The position numbers and the translations under genes were made by a program. Below, piece after piece: positions 12,902 to 25,830 of a DNA stretch of 64,000 bases. The notes under the pieces were generated by a model. That model made no database searches. It saw only the letters and a list, made by a program, of their open reading frames with translations, and was not told the origin of the DNA. Origin of the DNA: Hydrolagus colliei. Lineage: Eukaryota. The number at the start of each line of letters is the position of its first letter. Position 1 is the first letter of the stretch. The stretch spans positions 4,340,001-4,404,000 of the forward strand of contig CM068756.1 in the NCBI GenBank assembly GCA_035084275.1, in the 5' to 3' direction.

Positions 12902-13543
12902 CATAATACTTTCTGCATGATTGTGGCAGAGAATATAGCCTCCATATATATGTTTCATGAAATAATGTGAAGAGAGGTAAATAAACTCAACAGAGTGAAT
13001 CGAGGGAACATGTCCCATTCAACTGAATAGACTGGGAAAGATTAAACTGAGACAAAGATCGGATATCTCTGAACTCACTGACTTCATTTAAATTGTTTTG
13101 TAAGTAGGTGTGCTGTGTGTGGTATGTAGGGCTGGGTTTAAATGTTGAGCTCTCCATGATTAATACAGTACTAGTCTCTGCTCTCCAATCTCTTAATCCT
13201 TGCATTTGATACAGCACCTTTCATGTCATTGAGACATCTAAACACACTTCACAGGATATACTGTACTATAAAGTGGAAATACTGTGTTACAGTATGTTGT
13301 GAGTGAAAACATTAGTCGCTGGAGTTGAAATCTTTAGCAAAAATGCGGAGCGAGCTTGGTTTATTTCAATAAGACTTTGATATAAAGGCTGTTAAGGAGG
13401 AATTTTAAAACTCTCGCACATCTTAGAAAGCACACTGAAAGGTGAGTGTTTAACTCCTGGTCAGACATAAGAGTTAGTAATCTTAACGAAGCATCAAATT
13501 ACAAAGTACATATCAACATGGCCGTAACAGAAGTGAGCAAAGC

Positions 13544-16500
13544 AAAGACATATTTTGCCCAGCAGCATGGATATGCTCTAGTCACATTGAGCTCAGTGCT
13601 ATGAGGGGTGAGAGGTCCTGTTGCTTCTCCAATGAAGTGCCATTGGCATGTTTGTCCGCTGGCTGTAACTTTGGTGTGCCACTGCATGGTGCTGTGGAAA
13701 AAGCATCTGCTTCAAGTACCGTTTAACAGATGTGTGAGCTTCTGTGAGGCTCCATTATAGCTGACTGGAACTGTTTGCCTTAAGAGATAAAAGCTGGCCC
13801 ACATTCCTACTTGTTTTTAAGATCAAACAATAAAACTTTCATGGCAATAAACTAGATTAACCAATGTTTTCTCAGTGTTTACCCGCATTAGAGCTTTGGC
13901 TCATGTTGTCCGATGCTGAATTCAAATCAAACAGCACTTCACAAGGAGAAGAAAATGTGGTGTTAAGGTGGAACCCATTTTTAATGTTAGAATTTAATAT
14001 ATTGGTCTGATTAGTATAACAAGAAGAAAATCTTTGGAGTTTTCCAAATAGTTTAGTCACCTAGAGGAATCTTGAAGGCTAATTTGCAAATAAATGAGCG
14101 GATATAGACCACAGATGGGTGTTTTTATGTCACATGATAATCAAGCACCATCTGGTAGCAGACAATTCTATTAATTAACCTTCAGGATTCATTTTAAAGT
14201 TTTACACAGAGATCTTTACATTATATACTATTCTCTGAAGCTCTTTTAAATTTTTTTTAAAAAACTGGCTTGATTAGTCAGTTCTATTATTATTTTCCAG
14301 TGCAAGCAGCTGGCTTTGGGTGAGCAGAAGGGAAACCACAGATCTTAGTGAGGAAGGAGACTAATGCCTAATAGAAAGCCAATCTGGGAATGTTTTTCAG
14401 ATGGTTTTGCAAACCCTCCACCCCCCTCCCTCACCACCATGAGAAAGTTCAGGACCTTAACACTAGTTTGCACAGTAGTTAATGATCTTGTGAGAGAATG
14501 TTCGAGGGTGGTTGTTTATGGGAAATTGCTGGGATGACCACAATGCCACCTGTGCAGAAAAGTATCATTCATTTCATTTCCCATCAATGTTATTTGGGGG
14601 ATTTGAGATGTTTATTTTTATGCGAAAAGGTGCTGTATAATTGCAGCTTATGCAGCTTGAATTGTTTCTGAACTGTAAGGTGCCCCTGATTTGAAAGTGC
14701 TACCATACTATTGTGATTCCAAATATACACTGAGCAATATTAGAAAAAGTTGGAGTCAGTGACTGTGGTCTATGGTTCAAGAGCTGCTGTTTAATGTATG
14801 CGCTGTGGTGTGGTGAAGTGTGGTGCTGGACTACTTGTGTTGAAACGTGTCATTTTTACTTTGAATTCTCTTGTCGCAACTCACTGCTGCTGTCTCGAAT
14901 TCCCACGGTACAACCTCCTGAGGACAACCCAATAATCATACGTTAGAAATCCGCTGCTCTCTCCATGCCTCACCAATCAAATAATCTATAACTTGTTGCT
15001 GCTTAATAGCCCTTAACAAGTCTTTAATGAGCCGAGCAGTCTGTTTCTCCAAATGCTAGCGAGAAGAATGGCGAGTTTCTCAAACAAGCTTTTAACAAGT
15101 TGGATATGCAGATTAAAAAGATGCTTTGAGTTGCCGGGGGGAAGAACCAGTTGGAATGATGCAGAGTCTGAAAAGGTTGTCCTGAAAACAGATGATTTTC
15201 TGAAGACGGTGAAAAGTTTGGAAAGATCTTCATGTGGTGATGTGATGAAAGGTTGTGAAGCTCGAGCCTGAAAGGATTGTCCTTGGGGATTTAAACTGAT
15301 AAGGAATAGTTTGTGTCAGAAAAAAGTAATTCAGAGTAATTGCTGGACTACAGCATAGGGAAATTGGAACATCTTAAGAGGTGCATCATTACAGTAGATG
15401 ACTTTCCTTCTTGAATGCGGAACAAGAAGAATCACACATCTGGAATTAAGGAACAAAAAAAATGCAATTCTCAGTGGAAAGGGATTTCCCCTTCCTTGTT
15501 TCTATAACCAGCTCCCCTTAAAAGACATATTTTGCCCAGCATGGATATGCTCTAGTCACATTGAGCTCAGTGCTATGAGGGGTGAGAGGTCCTGTTGCTT
15601 CTCCAATGAAGTGCCATTGGCATGTTTGTCCGCTGGCTGTAACTTTGGTGTGCCACTGCATGGTGCTGTGGAAAAAGCATCTGCTTCAAGTACCGTTTAA
15701 CAGATGTGTGAGCTTCTGTGAGACTCCATTATAGCTGACTGGAACTGTTTGCCTTAAGAGATAAAAGCTGGCCCACATTCCTACTTGTTTTTAAGATCAA
15801 ACAATAAAACTTTCATGGCAATAAACTAGATTAACCAATGTTTTCTCAGTGTTTACCCGCATTAGAGCTTTGGCTCATGTAGTCCGATGCTGAATTCAAA
15901 TCTAATAGCACTTTACAAGGAGAAGAAAATGTGGTGCTAAGATGGAACCCATTTTTAATGTTAGAATTTAATATATTGGTCTGATTAGTATAACAAGAAG
16001 AAAATCTTTGGAGTTTTCCAAATAGTTTAGTCACCTAGAGGAATCTTGAAGGCTAATTTGCAAATAAATGAGCGGATATAGACCACAGATGGGTGTTTTT
16101 ATGTCACATGATAATCAAGCACCATCTGGTAGCAGACAATTCTATTAATTAACCTTCAGGATTCATTTTAAAGTTTTACACAGAGATCTTTACATTATAT
16201 ACTATTCTCTGAAGCTCTTTTAAATTTTTTTTAAAAAACTGGCTTGATTAGTCAGTTCTATTATTATTTTCCAGTGCAAGCAGCTGGCTTTGGGTGAGCA
16301 GAAGGGAAACCAAAGATCTTGCTGAGGAAGGAGACTAATGCCTAATAGAAAGCCAATCTGGGAATGTTTTTCAGATGGTTTTGCAAACCCTCCACCCCCC
16401 TCCCTCACCACCATGAGAAAGTTCAGGACCTTAACACTAGTTTGCACAGTAGTTAATGATCTTGTGAGAGAATGTTCGAGGGTGGTTGTTTATGGGAAAT

Positions 16501-17494
16501 TGCTGGGATGACCACAATGCCACCTGTGTAGAAAAGTATCATTCATTTCATTTCCCATCAATGTTATTTGGGGGCTTTGAGACGTTTATTTTTATGCGAA
16601 AAGGTGCTGTATAATTGCAGCTTATGCAGCTTGAATTGTTTCTGAACTGTAAGGTGCCCCTGATTTGAAAGTGCTACCATACTATTGTGTTTCCAAATAT
16701 ACACTGAGCAATATTAGAAAAAGTTGGAGTCAGTGACTGTGGTCTATGGTTCAAGAGCTGCTCTTTAATGTATGCGCTGTGGTGTGGTGAAGTGTGGTGC
16801 TGGACTACTTGTGTTGAAACGTATCATTTTTACTTTGAATTCTCTTGTCGCAACTCACTGCTGCTGTCTCGAATTCCCACGGTACAATCTCCTGAGGACA
16901 ACCCAATAATCACACGTTAGAAATCCGCTGCTCTCTCCATGCCTCACCAATCAAATAATCTATAACTTGTTGCTGCTTAATAGCCCTTAACAAGTCTTTA
17001 ATGAGCCGAGCAGTCTGTTTCTCCAAATGCTAGCGAGAAGAATGGCGAGTTTCTCAAACAAGCTTTTAACAAGTTGGATATGCAGATTAAAAAGATGCTT
17101 TGAGTTGCCGGGGGGAAGAACCAGTTGGAATGATGCAGAGTCTGAAAAGGTTGTCCTGAAAACAGATGATTTTCTGAAGACGGTGAAAAGTTTGGAAAGA
17201 TCTTCATGTGGGGATGTGATGAAAGGTTGTGAAGCTCGAGCCTGAAAGGATTGTCCTTGGGGATTTAAACTGATAAGGAATAGTTTGTGTCAGAAAAAAG
17301 TAATTCAGAGTAATTGCTGGACTACAGCATAGGGAAATTGGAACATCTTAAGAGGTGCATCATTACAGTAGATGACTTTCCTTCTTGAATGCGGAACAAG
17401 AAGAATCACACATCTGGAATTAAGGAACAAAAAAAATGCAATTCTCAGTGGAAAGGGATTTCCCCTTCCTTGTTTCTATAACCAGCTCCCCTTA
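13544..17494. repeat. Direct tandem duplication, ~1.97-kb unit (13544-15520, 15521-17494), ~99% identical
   Basis: Identical ORF-track entries offset by 1974 nt; about 20 substitutions and a 3-bp indel by eye. Confidence 0.95.
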
Positions 17495-17671
17495 TAGAAA
17501 TAGTTCTCCAAGACAGCTGAGAGATTGTAATGGAACAGGTACAGCTGCCAAATGTGACGTGCTCGGGCTGTCAGTTTACCCCGGGTGATCAAACCCTCAC
17601 CAGCAAAATAGCTGGGAATTGACAAATCTAACATTGGGCCATCAAGCTTCAATGTTAATTAGCAACTAGAG

Positions 17672-18056
17672 CAGTGGTTCCCAACTTTTTTTTGCTGCGT
17701 CCTAAATTAACCAATAGCAGGTCCTCGCGACCCAAAGTTTTTTTTGCTGCGTCCCAAATTAGCCTTCCACTGGTCCTCGCACAACTAGGGGCGATATCGC
17801 GACTGAAGCTCAGCTCAGCCAAAATGTTATCTCCGTCTGTTTTGTGGACTCAGCGCAACTCCTACGTACAGTACGCTCTATATACAAATTGGTCGGCAGT
17901 GTTGCATTGTTTTTTAGTGTTAAAAGCTTTTGTTAAGCATTAAAAAAGCATTTTCTTCATTAAAAGTGGGGGGAAAAAAATTCTGATGACCTTTCGTGAC
18001 CCTACTGAGGATACCTCCACGACCCTGATTTGGGAACCTGAGGTTGGGAACCACTG
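17672..18056. mobile_element. hAT (Charlie-like) MITE
   Basis: TIRs CAGTGGTTCCCAAC / GTTGGGAACCACTG; 8-bp TSD AACTAGAG / AAATAGAG. Confidence 0.88.
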
Positions 18057-21000
18057 AAATAGAGGGACCTGCCTTGCGTTTGCGTATAGTGAATTGAATC
18101 CGGGAGATAGTGGATTCAACACTTTAGCAACCCCTTCATAACAATAATAGATAATAATATATTAATAAACGTACATGTATCGGTATTTGAGACGTCCTTC
18201 CGACCTGACAAGGTGCTATACCAGATGCGATGATTATTAGTGTAGTATTGGTGAAAGTGCAACGCTTCTCATGTCACAAGGACGTCCTAAAGAGCTTCCT
18301 AAGATTTACTGTGAAGTGCACATTGGTATCTGTGTAATTGGTAGGCAATCTTTGGCTTAAGATTTTCATTCATCTTTGTGAGAGTTAGGAGATAAAGTTT
18401 GCTGTGTTCCTTAACACGCTGGTTCTCTTAACTAGCACAAGAAGTACACGCAGACATATCACAGATTTCACCCTTACATATGATTCCATTCTGGTTTACT
18501 AGATAACTAACCTACCGGCTGGCTTTCACAACTTTGATGCGTGGGATAAAAAGCTCTTTTTTTCATCTGTTCCTGATATCTGTGTATTAATTGGAATAAA
18601 AGTAGCCAGATGTCACTCTAGCTATAGGCAAACTCAGCAGCAACCTAGAGAAGCAGATTTCTGGGAGAAGCGATTTATTTTAATGCAGCGAGTGCTGTGT
18701 GCAAGCGCCAATGGCAACCTGTAGGCGTTTTGATGTAAATTCATCTCTCTTGCTAAAGCTATTGAACTTCTTAGGTGGTAGGAGGGGGACAACACACTGA
18801 AGTTTTGCCTGGGGCAACGGATAGACTTGAGTGTTTTCTGTAAGCGATGTGTTTAGGGCTGTCACTGGGGTATGTTACTCCATTTAAACCCTGTCCATTC
18901 CCTCCACTCAGTGGGCTAGGGCCCACTCCATGTCCCCCTCCCGGCCTGGCCTGCCCCATCATCAGCGTTAGATCCTCAGCCTCTCTGCCCCCAACTCCCT
19001 AACACAATCCCTCAGCCTCGCTCCCTCCCCTGCCTCCTTCAAGGCATGCCTTAAGACCCTCTTTCTCTGCATCTTTGGTCATCTTCCTTCCCCTATCTTA
19101 TAATTATTATTATTACCACCACCTGCCCTCCATCCATCCTGAACACATCCCCCAGCACCAGGATAGGTCAGATGTACTTTATTCCAGGCGATCCAGTTGG
19201 CAGCAGGACTGGGTGAGTTTACCCGTCTCTAATTTATTTCATATTCCCTGCAGAGATTGCATACATTTTGTTCTCATTAAAAAATCACACCTCCCCTTTA
19301 AGTTTCAGTTGAAAGAAACACATTTACACATAGAATTCATAATTGGAAACCATTGTAATTTTAACCAAAAGGTGACAGACTAGATATACATTTCACTAAA
19401 GAATTGCAATAAATGCCCAGCAAATGAAAAATCTGTGATGAATATCCATTCAACACTTTACTCAGAGAGTTAAGTACTTTACTCCAGTTAATTGCATATC
19501 TGTCAAGTGTATTGTTTTGAAAGCCAAAATTCTCCATATTCATTTATGTAGAATAATGGATAAAGGAAATGTCTTTTTATGAATATACGTTACCGCATGT
19601 TAATGTTTGGAAGAAGCTGGATTCTGATAGTCATTAGTAAAATAATTTTAATAGTTCTGAGCCTACGACAAAATAGTTGTTTTAAATTCTATTCCACATC
19701 TAGCTTGATAAATAACTCCATGAGCCATTTGACATAGCCAGTTATAAACTAAAGATAATATACCATGCTAAACTTAACCGTTTGCTCAGCTTTATCTAGG
19801 CTGCAATGTCCAGACAAAGGCATTTATTGAAACAATTTAAAAGACTATACAGTAGAGTATCATTCACTTAATTTCCTTTCAGTGTTATTTACGGGCTTTG
19901 AGATGTTTATTTTTACGTGAAAAGGTGCTATATAATTGTTGTTTATTATGAATCGTTTATAAATTATTATATTATTATTACTTTAAGGTGCCCCTGCTTT
20001 GAAAGTGCTACCATAGTATTGCGATTCAAAATATACACTCAGCAATGTTAGAAACAGCTGGAGTCAGCAACTGTGGATTGTGGTTCAAGAGGAGCTACTG
20101 CTTAATGTTTGTGTTGCAACGTGGTGAAGTGTGGTGCTGAGCTACATGTCTCTGGGTATGTTGAAACATATTTTTATTCTGAATTCTCTTATTGCAACTC
20201 ACTGCTGCCCTCCCAAAGTCCTACAGTACAATCCTCTGAGGACAGTCAAATAATCACAAGTTAGAAATCCTCTGCTCTCTCTGCGACTCACTGATCAAAT
20301 CATCTATAACGTGTCCCTACTTAGCAGCCTTTAACAAGTCTTTAATGAGCTGAGCAGCCTGTTTCCCCCCCCCCCCCCCCCCGCACCAAACGCTGTAGAA
20401 AGCGTTAGTAGGAAAGGCTTATACAGAGGAAAGCAAGTTTACTTAATGTAGACTGTAAGTGCAGAATTAGAGATCATGAATGCACAATCAATTCTTGCTT
20501 TTCTGCTGCTAAGCACTTAGCTTGTCAGGTCAGCACCTTCCCTCAGTCCACTGATGAGATAATTTATTGCGCAGTTTTGCGTCTCTATTTGATGCAAGTA
20601 GATGAGATAAAACATTGATTCAATCACATGTATGGACTCAGTCATGTCTGTTTTTTTTTGAGTTATTTAGTTTTCGATGGCTGAAAATAAAACTCAGTTT
20701 TTTTTAAATTTAATTAGAATCCCCAAAACAACTCTGAGATTGGAACAGATGACAGCAGCAGCTGAGTAGTCCATGTATTTTATCCTATTAGAGATGCAGT
20801 TGCCAATAGAAGATGTGGATAGAAAGTAGTTAAATCCTTTTCAATTATAATAATAATCCTGCATCTATCACAGATTTGTTCATTGGTTCGAGTTTCTACT
20901 CTAGTACACACATGTGGTTCAGAAGTAAAAAATAAATAATTCATGCATTTAATATAGCGCCTTATCGCGTCTGTAAGCGCTCCATGAAATATACTCTGAA

Positions 21001-21762
21001 GTGAATTGACTGTATATTTTGTGGTTGAAAATACAAGTAGAATGCATTCTATCGTGTCTTTTGGGGAAAATATAGATCTTTTACTTTCCACTTAGAGTGA
21101 TTTATTTTATACAGTAATAATAATAATCCTTACATTTATCGATGTCTCAAAGCGCTTCACAGCATACAACAACGTCCCAAGGTTGGGACCAGAGCAGGGG
21201 GGGAGGGAGAAGAAAAGAGGGCAGAAAGGGAGGAAAAGATGTAGGGACCAGAGCAGGCATAGTGGTTGGGGGAAGGAAAGAGTTAAAGAGGAGCAATATG
21301 CTGGAGTGAAGCTACTGAAGGCAAACATCTTATAATAAAGATACATGCACGGGCTGGAACAAACAATTGCTCATTCAAAGCTTGCAGCCCCCACCAGCAT
21401 TAATTATGATGTTTAAAATATATCATTTACATTCGGCAAAGATACAAGTTAGTGGTAATATAATAGTCCTGCTCGTCTGCAGGTCACTGCACAGAGAATG
21501 GAGATTAGTGTGGTGGATATTTACAATCACTTCATTAATTCACATGAATGCAATAACCGTAGCTATAACACGAGGCATTATGATCTCTCTCGCCCTCTTA
21601 AAATCATCCTGTGCCATGAAACAATCTTCAGATAACATAACTGCAAAAAGTAAAATGCAAAAAAGAAGGATTTAAAAGAATTCCAGGACTATGATTATTG
21701 TTGAGTGTACTACAATAATAATCCTTACATTTTGATATAGTACTTTTTCGCGTCTTGTAGAT

Positions 21763-22290
21763 CAGTGTTTCTCAACAACCGGCTGAGATTAGAGAAAAAA
21801 TAAATATACATCGACTTTGAAAAAACCAAACACATGACACAGAGTCTTAGATTTCTGAGCGGAGCGGATTTTCACAAAATCCTAAACATTTCATGATAAG
21901 TTTACATTCCGTTCCATTCCCTGCTGCTCCGCTTCAGGTCTCCCATTTAAAATTAGGTTTCCAGTGACGTGCGGTGGATACATTGACAGGGGGTAGGCAC
22001 TTTACTTCTGCAGTTTACTTTGGGAATAGAATGTGTGTAAAATGTAAAGGCCAACTCTACCAGAGAGATAGGGCCTACATTTTTAAAATGACCATGCTCA
22101 CTTCATGTCAAAGGTACTAAAATGTAAAATTACAGCAGGAAAAAAAACATTTTTTATTGTTATCTATACTAAATAGGGTGAGTTTCAGATTATTCAATTT
22201 AATTAAACCCCAGTGTCTGCACTTTCATTTAATTTCAAGTTTATATTCCACCTCCGACGGATCGCCCGCTTTCTTCCACCTCCGACAGAT
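21763..22290. mobile_element. hAT-like fragment nested in a SINE
   Basis: Begins with a CAGTGTTTCTCAAC TIR after a TAGA-containing target; right TIR missing; SINE sequence on both sides. Confidence 0.55.
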
Positions 22291-22559
22291 CAAATCGCTT
22301 TCACAGAATATACTGTTAAATTAATTGACTATACTGTATTTTGTGGGCAGAACGTGGCAGTCATTTGCGCACAGCAATGTGGATTGAAATGAAATTCAAA
22401 TGAAATTCAAATTGAGATGACCATTTTTTTGGGAGGGATTATTATTATTATTAGGCGTGTGGAGTAAGGAAACTTGCCCGAGGTTACTCCCAGCCTGAAC
22501 TCGAATCCAGGTCTCTCTCTTGCAAGGCGATTGCTCTCACCCCTGAGTTACAGGATTCC
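22291..22559 (-). mobile_element. tRNA-derived SINE; its tail lies at ~21715-21762, split off by a hAT insertion
   Basis: Same family on the reverse strand. Confidence 0.8.
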
Positions 22560-22600
22560 ATTACTACTGTATTAGGAAATGCACAATAGTTGTGAAGACT

Positions 22601-22677
22601 CCCTTGTAAAAAAGTACCATGGTAATGGTAGTACCATGATAGTACCACCATTACCATGAAACTTTTTTTTACAAGGG
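22601..22677. mobile_element. 77-bp foldback mini-MITE (CMC/EnSpm-like)
   Basis: CCCTTGTAAAAAA...TTTTTTTTACAAGGG, almost fully palindromic, flanked by CT/CT (putative 2-bp TSD). Confidence 0.65.
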
Positions 22678-23907
22678 CTGTCTTCCCATCACTTCTTGCC
22701 CCATGACCTAACTGAAATTGGCAACTTGGTTTGAATTCAAACCAATTGTCATTGCTTCATGGCAAGAGATGCATCGATCACCACTTCGCCTTCTCCAAGC
22801 TAATATTCTAATATTCCTTACCTCTTTGTGTCCAGGCAAGGACAGCTAAAGGTAGAGGAGAGACAGAGTAGAGGAAGTGCAAAATGTGTGAGCATGTCTG
22901 CCGCGTCAAACAAACTATTGGAGCCAACGCAATGTATAAAGCGTTAAAGCCGTATAACAGAACTGTGAATCTCACAGAAGAAATTAATCTGCTCGTGTTA
23001 TGATGGGCCTTTAACAGAATATACACCTGGCGATACCACAGGAAGAAGCAACTTTCAAAAAGATTGATGGAGTCGGACAATAAAACGTCAAAACATGAGA
23101 ACGCAAACAAGTGATCGACCAGAAGACGACTGGAGAAATCAACCCCCATGTTGCGGCGTGTGTGGCACAAACAGTTCGAAGACCAGAAGGGCACACATCA
23201 GGAGGGAGCTTCAGAAAAACAACAGCAGTGGGGTCAGCCAGGCGTCCGACACATGTGGAAACCCATCACTGCGCTTAAGAGCATCCAAACAAAGCTGAGA
23301 TTTCCATGCATCCCACCTACACATGGAAATCCCAGCGATAGATTACACATCCTGCTTATTCTGGATTGGCCGCAGGTCGGCAAGAGCCAGGGCTTGGGGA
23401 GCCCAGAGTGTGTGTAGGGGTACTACTGGAGACTTAACCAGTTAAAACCACATAGAATGTCATTGATATAGCTATCCGGTTAACTTTCCCACCTTTTGGC
23501 AAGGTAGGACCAATCGACCCATTAGGGCATTGGCCTTCAGACACACACACACACAAAATCACATGCATAGAACAAGTCGCAGGGCAGCATTGAAGGTTTC
23601 TGGGATAAACTCGTGTGGTATTATTCATCCCACTTCACGCTCACAAGGGAAAGAAGCAGAATAGTGTAAGATTTCTCTTTTGTCATTTTGAAAAATAGAT
23701 GAGAAAATAATAAACCAGCTTAGCACTAATTTAAACCCGCCTTCTATGAGGATTTGTGAGTAGGAAATACCGTAGAGAACGGAGTCTGCAGCTTTACAAT
23801 TGTTTTTTTATTTGGGACAATAGGTCAACATAATATTTCAGTATGAACACACCTACATTAATATACGAGTGGGGCAGAATAATCGAAAGCAAGAAGCAAG
23901 AACGAGA

Positions 23908-24036
23908 AACAAAAACAAAAGTTACTGGGGAAACTCAGCAGGTCAAGCAGCATCCAAGGAGAAAGGAAAAAGAGTCAACGTTTCTGACGAAGGGTTGCTT
24001 TTGTTTCAGATTCCCAGCATCTGTAGTATTTTGTGT
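23908..24036. mobile_element. Penelope-like non-autonomous relic (related pieces at ~34085-34215 and ~47302-47375)
   Basis: AAACTCAGCAGGTCAAGCAGCATCC...GAGTCAACGTTTCTGACGAAGGG...CCAGCATCTGTAGTATTTTG resembles inverted-repeat Penelope-type elements of chondrichthyans (from recall). Confidence 0.5.
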
Positions 24037-25504
24037 TCAACAAGAATGAGAGATTGTTATTCATACAGAATGTCGTAAAATTATCATGATTATTGTTCCT
24101 CCTCCATAAAACCTATGCTTGGGTGGTTTCAAGAAAGATCGTCAAATATTAAAGCTTTTACGACATTAATATAGTATACATATGATAGAGAGCCTGATTT
24201 TCTATGCGGTTTTAATGGTGGTGGCTGCTGTTTACTGCAGACAACTCTCTTTTGATAGATTAATTCCAACATTCTATCATTAAGCTGCCTTTTAACAAAT
24301 TATGCTTACTTTGTGTAAGGTGGCTAAGGGGAACTTAAACATTATGACTCGGAGGCAAAAACGCTACCGACTTAGCCAGGTGGATATCTCAAGACATAGG
24401 GGGAAACGTTTAGTAGCAAAAAGGCTTCAGCTACACTGCATTGCCTCCATGGCTTACCATTAATTAGAACTCATTGCTGTGTTACTGGTTGTTCTAAAGA
24501 GATATTTAGGGACGAGATCTATTTTATGCTGGGAATAATGTACGGTGGCATTAAGATCAAATACTTTTCTTAAATAATGTAAAATTTGAACAGAAGTAAT
24601 CAGTTTGCATTAGGTTTCATAAGAGATATCAACCCTTTTGCCAGCCTTCGGCCATTTCAGTTCAGGCTGCTCTGCATGTATCGTTAATTTGGCTGATCTT
24701 AATTAGACTTTTACATTAATGATTATATGAAATTCAAAATTAATACCATTGGATTTTGTTATTGCAAACAAACACAAGAATTGATAAACAGTGGCTATTC
24801 AATCCAAGTCAAGCACAGAATTCGGACATTTGGGATTGACGGTTTGTTTTGTTTGTTTGTTTCAGCACCTTGGGACATCCTCCCGACATGAAAGACTCTC
24901 TAGAAATGTAATTTTATCGTTGTTGTTATTGTTTTCCCTCCCATTTTCTGAAACAAAGTAGATATCAGACAAGCGTAGGTTTGAGCCCTCACTAGACGGA
25001 CAGCAGGAATTCCCTGCCAGCTTCCTAGTGAGGAGGAACTGACTCATGAGAGCATTGCCAATGTTCCTCCGCCCATGACTTAGACACCCTTCCAGACCCA
25101 TTGACTGGCAGTTTCACCAGTTAGAGATGCGGAGCTTGAATAGCGTGTGTTTACTTCTCTGCTTACCAATCAAGGTGATGACAAGCCCCAGGTGTGTGAG
25201 TGGGTGTTCACAAACCTGGACCTTACCCTGCCCCTCTCCCTTGCTCGGATCCCGACCTGACTGTTCAGCGCCTTGGGACGTCCTCCCAACACGAAAGGGG
25301 CTCTATAAATATAATATTATTGTTGTTTGGACGACACCTTCTAGTAGCTGTTGTCCCAAGTCTCAACAAGGTTGAAAAGGGATTTGGATAAAGAGTAGGT
25401 AGTGTTAGCGGAGTAGAGGTGTCAGCTGGAAATGATGTAGCTTCATTCTCTTCTGTAATTTCCATAAATCTAATTTAAATCCTACAACAAAGCTGGAAGG
25501 AGCA

Positions 25505-25830
25505 ATGGGAGACTGTTTCCCCTGGTTGGAGAAACTATAACTAGGTGTCATAGTTTTAAGATTATTGGTCAGCCTTTTCGCACCGAGTTGAGGAAAAACT
25601 TCTTCACTCAGAGGGTGATGAATTTATGGAATTCTCTACCCCAAAAGGCTGTAGATGCTCAGTCCTTGAACATATTCAAGACTGAAATTAATAGATTTCT
25701 TATGGATTAAGGGATATGGGGATAAGGCGGGCAGGTGAAATTAGATTAGAGGATCAGCCATGATCTTGTTGAATAGTGGCGTAGGCTCGAGGGGCTAAAT
25801 GGCCTACTCCTGCTCTTAATTATTATGTTC
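25505..25830 (+). mobile_element. CR1 LINE 3' fragment
   Basis: GAGGAAAAACTTCTTCACTCAGAGGGTGATGAATTTATGGAATTCTCTACCCC...GGCCTACTCCTGCTC...TATGTT, a typical CR1 3' end. Confidence 0.85.

Noticed and set aside
15053-15271. Duplicated 72-aa ORF as a small gene
   Set aside because: No recognisable domain or splice structure; it is identical in both copies only because the duplication is recent.
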